From Vermamoeba vermiformis (Eukaryota): DNA of 64,000 nt. Location: contig JBEWZL010000267.1 of the NCBI GenBank assembly GCA_045837725.1, positions 62,001 through 126,000 of the forward strand. Direction: 5' to 3'. Made by a program: the position numbers and the translations under genes. Below, one piece after another: positions 63,379 through 64,000 of the stretch (its first letter is position 1; each line of letters opens with the position of its first letter). The notes below the pieces were generated by a model that saw nothing but the letters and a program-made list of their open reading frames with translations, had not been told where the DNA came from and made no database searches.

Positions 63379-63988
63379 TTACAAATCAATCTTATTTGTT
63401 GTATAAGGAGCTGCACATGTAATATACAACACAGCTATGAGGCCACTTAAAAGATACAATGTATCAGACTTGTTAAGTTTGAGCACTGACCAGCTCCATG
63501 CCCAAGTTGAGAAAAGTTTACAACAAGCTGATATAAACATTGCATAAATTGCTATGAATATATGTTGCATAAGATTGTATGACAAAGAATGCCAAAAATG
63601 ACCAGATCTGACAGCATCCACTGTCAATTTCCAATCAATAATAGATACAACCAAACAAAACGTAATGAATAGCATTTGGTTCCTATTAGGATGCCTTTCT
63701 GTTACTAATCCAATCATAAATGCACCATAAATCAAACATCCAAGTTCTAGAAAGCCATGAAATCCCACTTCAATCATCCATTTGTAAAATATCAGTGCAA
63801 GCACTGAGACTATACTAACTCCAATATAATAATACCTCATTGCTCGTATTCGTCCAAGTCCATGCTGCATTTGCACATAATAAAGTACGGATGTTAGTGA
63901 CCAGACCATTACGGCAATGCACATGATTGCTGTGCATATCAAATTGATGTAGTATTTCGAGTAAGGTGATGCATTTGTCCATATGTCC
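63379..63988 (-). CDS. Multi-pass membrane protein, 3' part (5' end probably beyond window)
   Basis: About six hydrophobic helices and a His-containing HFWH..QHIF segment. The frame is open upstream of 63942 to a possible AG acceptor near 63988. Confidence 0.55.
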
Positions 63989-64000
63989 TTAATTATACAC

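Overview
Gene-dense, AT-rich eukaryotic DNA with many short GT-AG introns. It is probably an amoebozoan (inference from the LRR-GBD/FH3-RasGEF architecture, receptor tyrosine kinases and a large THH1/TOM1-type membrane protein). The main feature is an apparently intact, very recent 4.9-kb tyrosine-recombinase (YR) retrotransposon of the Ngaro type at 12181-17079, with split direct repeats A-gag-pol-YR-B-A-B and no target-site duplication. It sits antisense in the first intron of one of two tandem receptor tyrosine kinase genes. It shows a canonical -1 frameshift cassette (C CCA AAA plus a hairpin) at the gag/pol overlap, a 67-nt spliceosomal intron whose removal is needed to rebuild the YR active site, and structured B repeats. 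Seven Crinkler (CRN)-like genes (header + P-loop NTPase, PD-(D/E)XK-like and/or kinase domains) are interspersed among conserved genes (RBM42, CKAP5/XMAP215, VPS26C, PSMD9). Four of them carry sharply CpG-depleted gene bodies in an otherwise CpG-rich window. A duplicated PSMD9 PDZ fragment lies in frame behind one of them. Gene models were spliced by eye; family calls are motif-based, with no database search.
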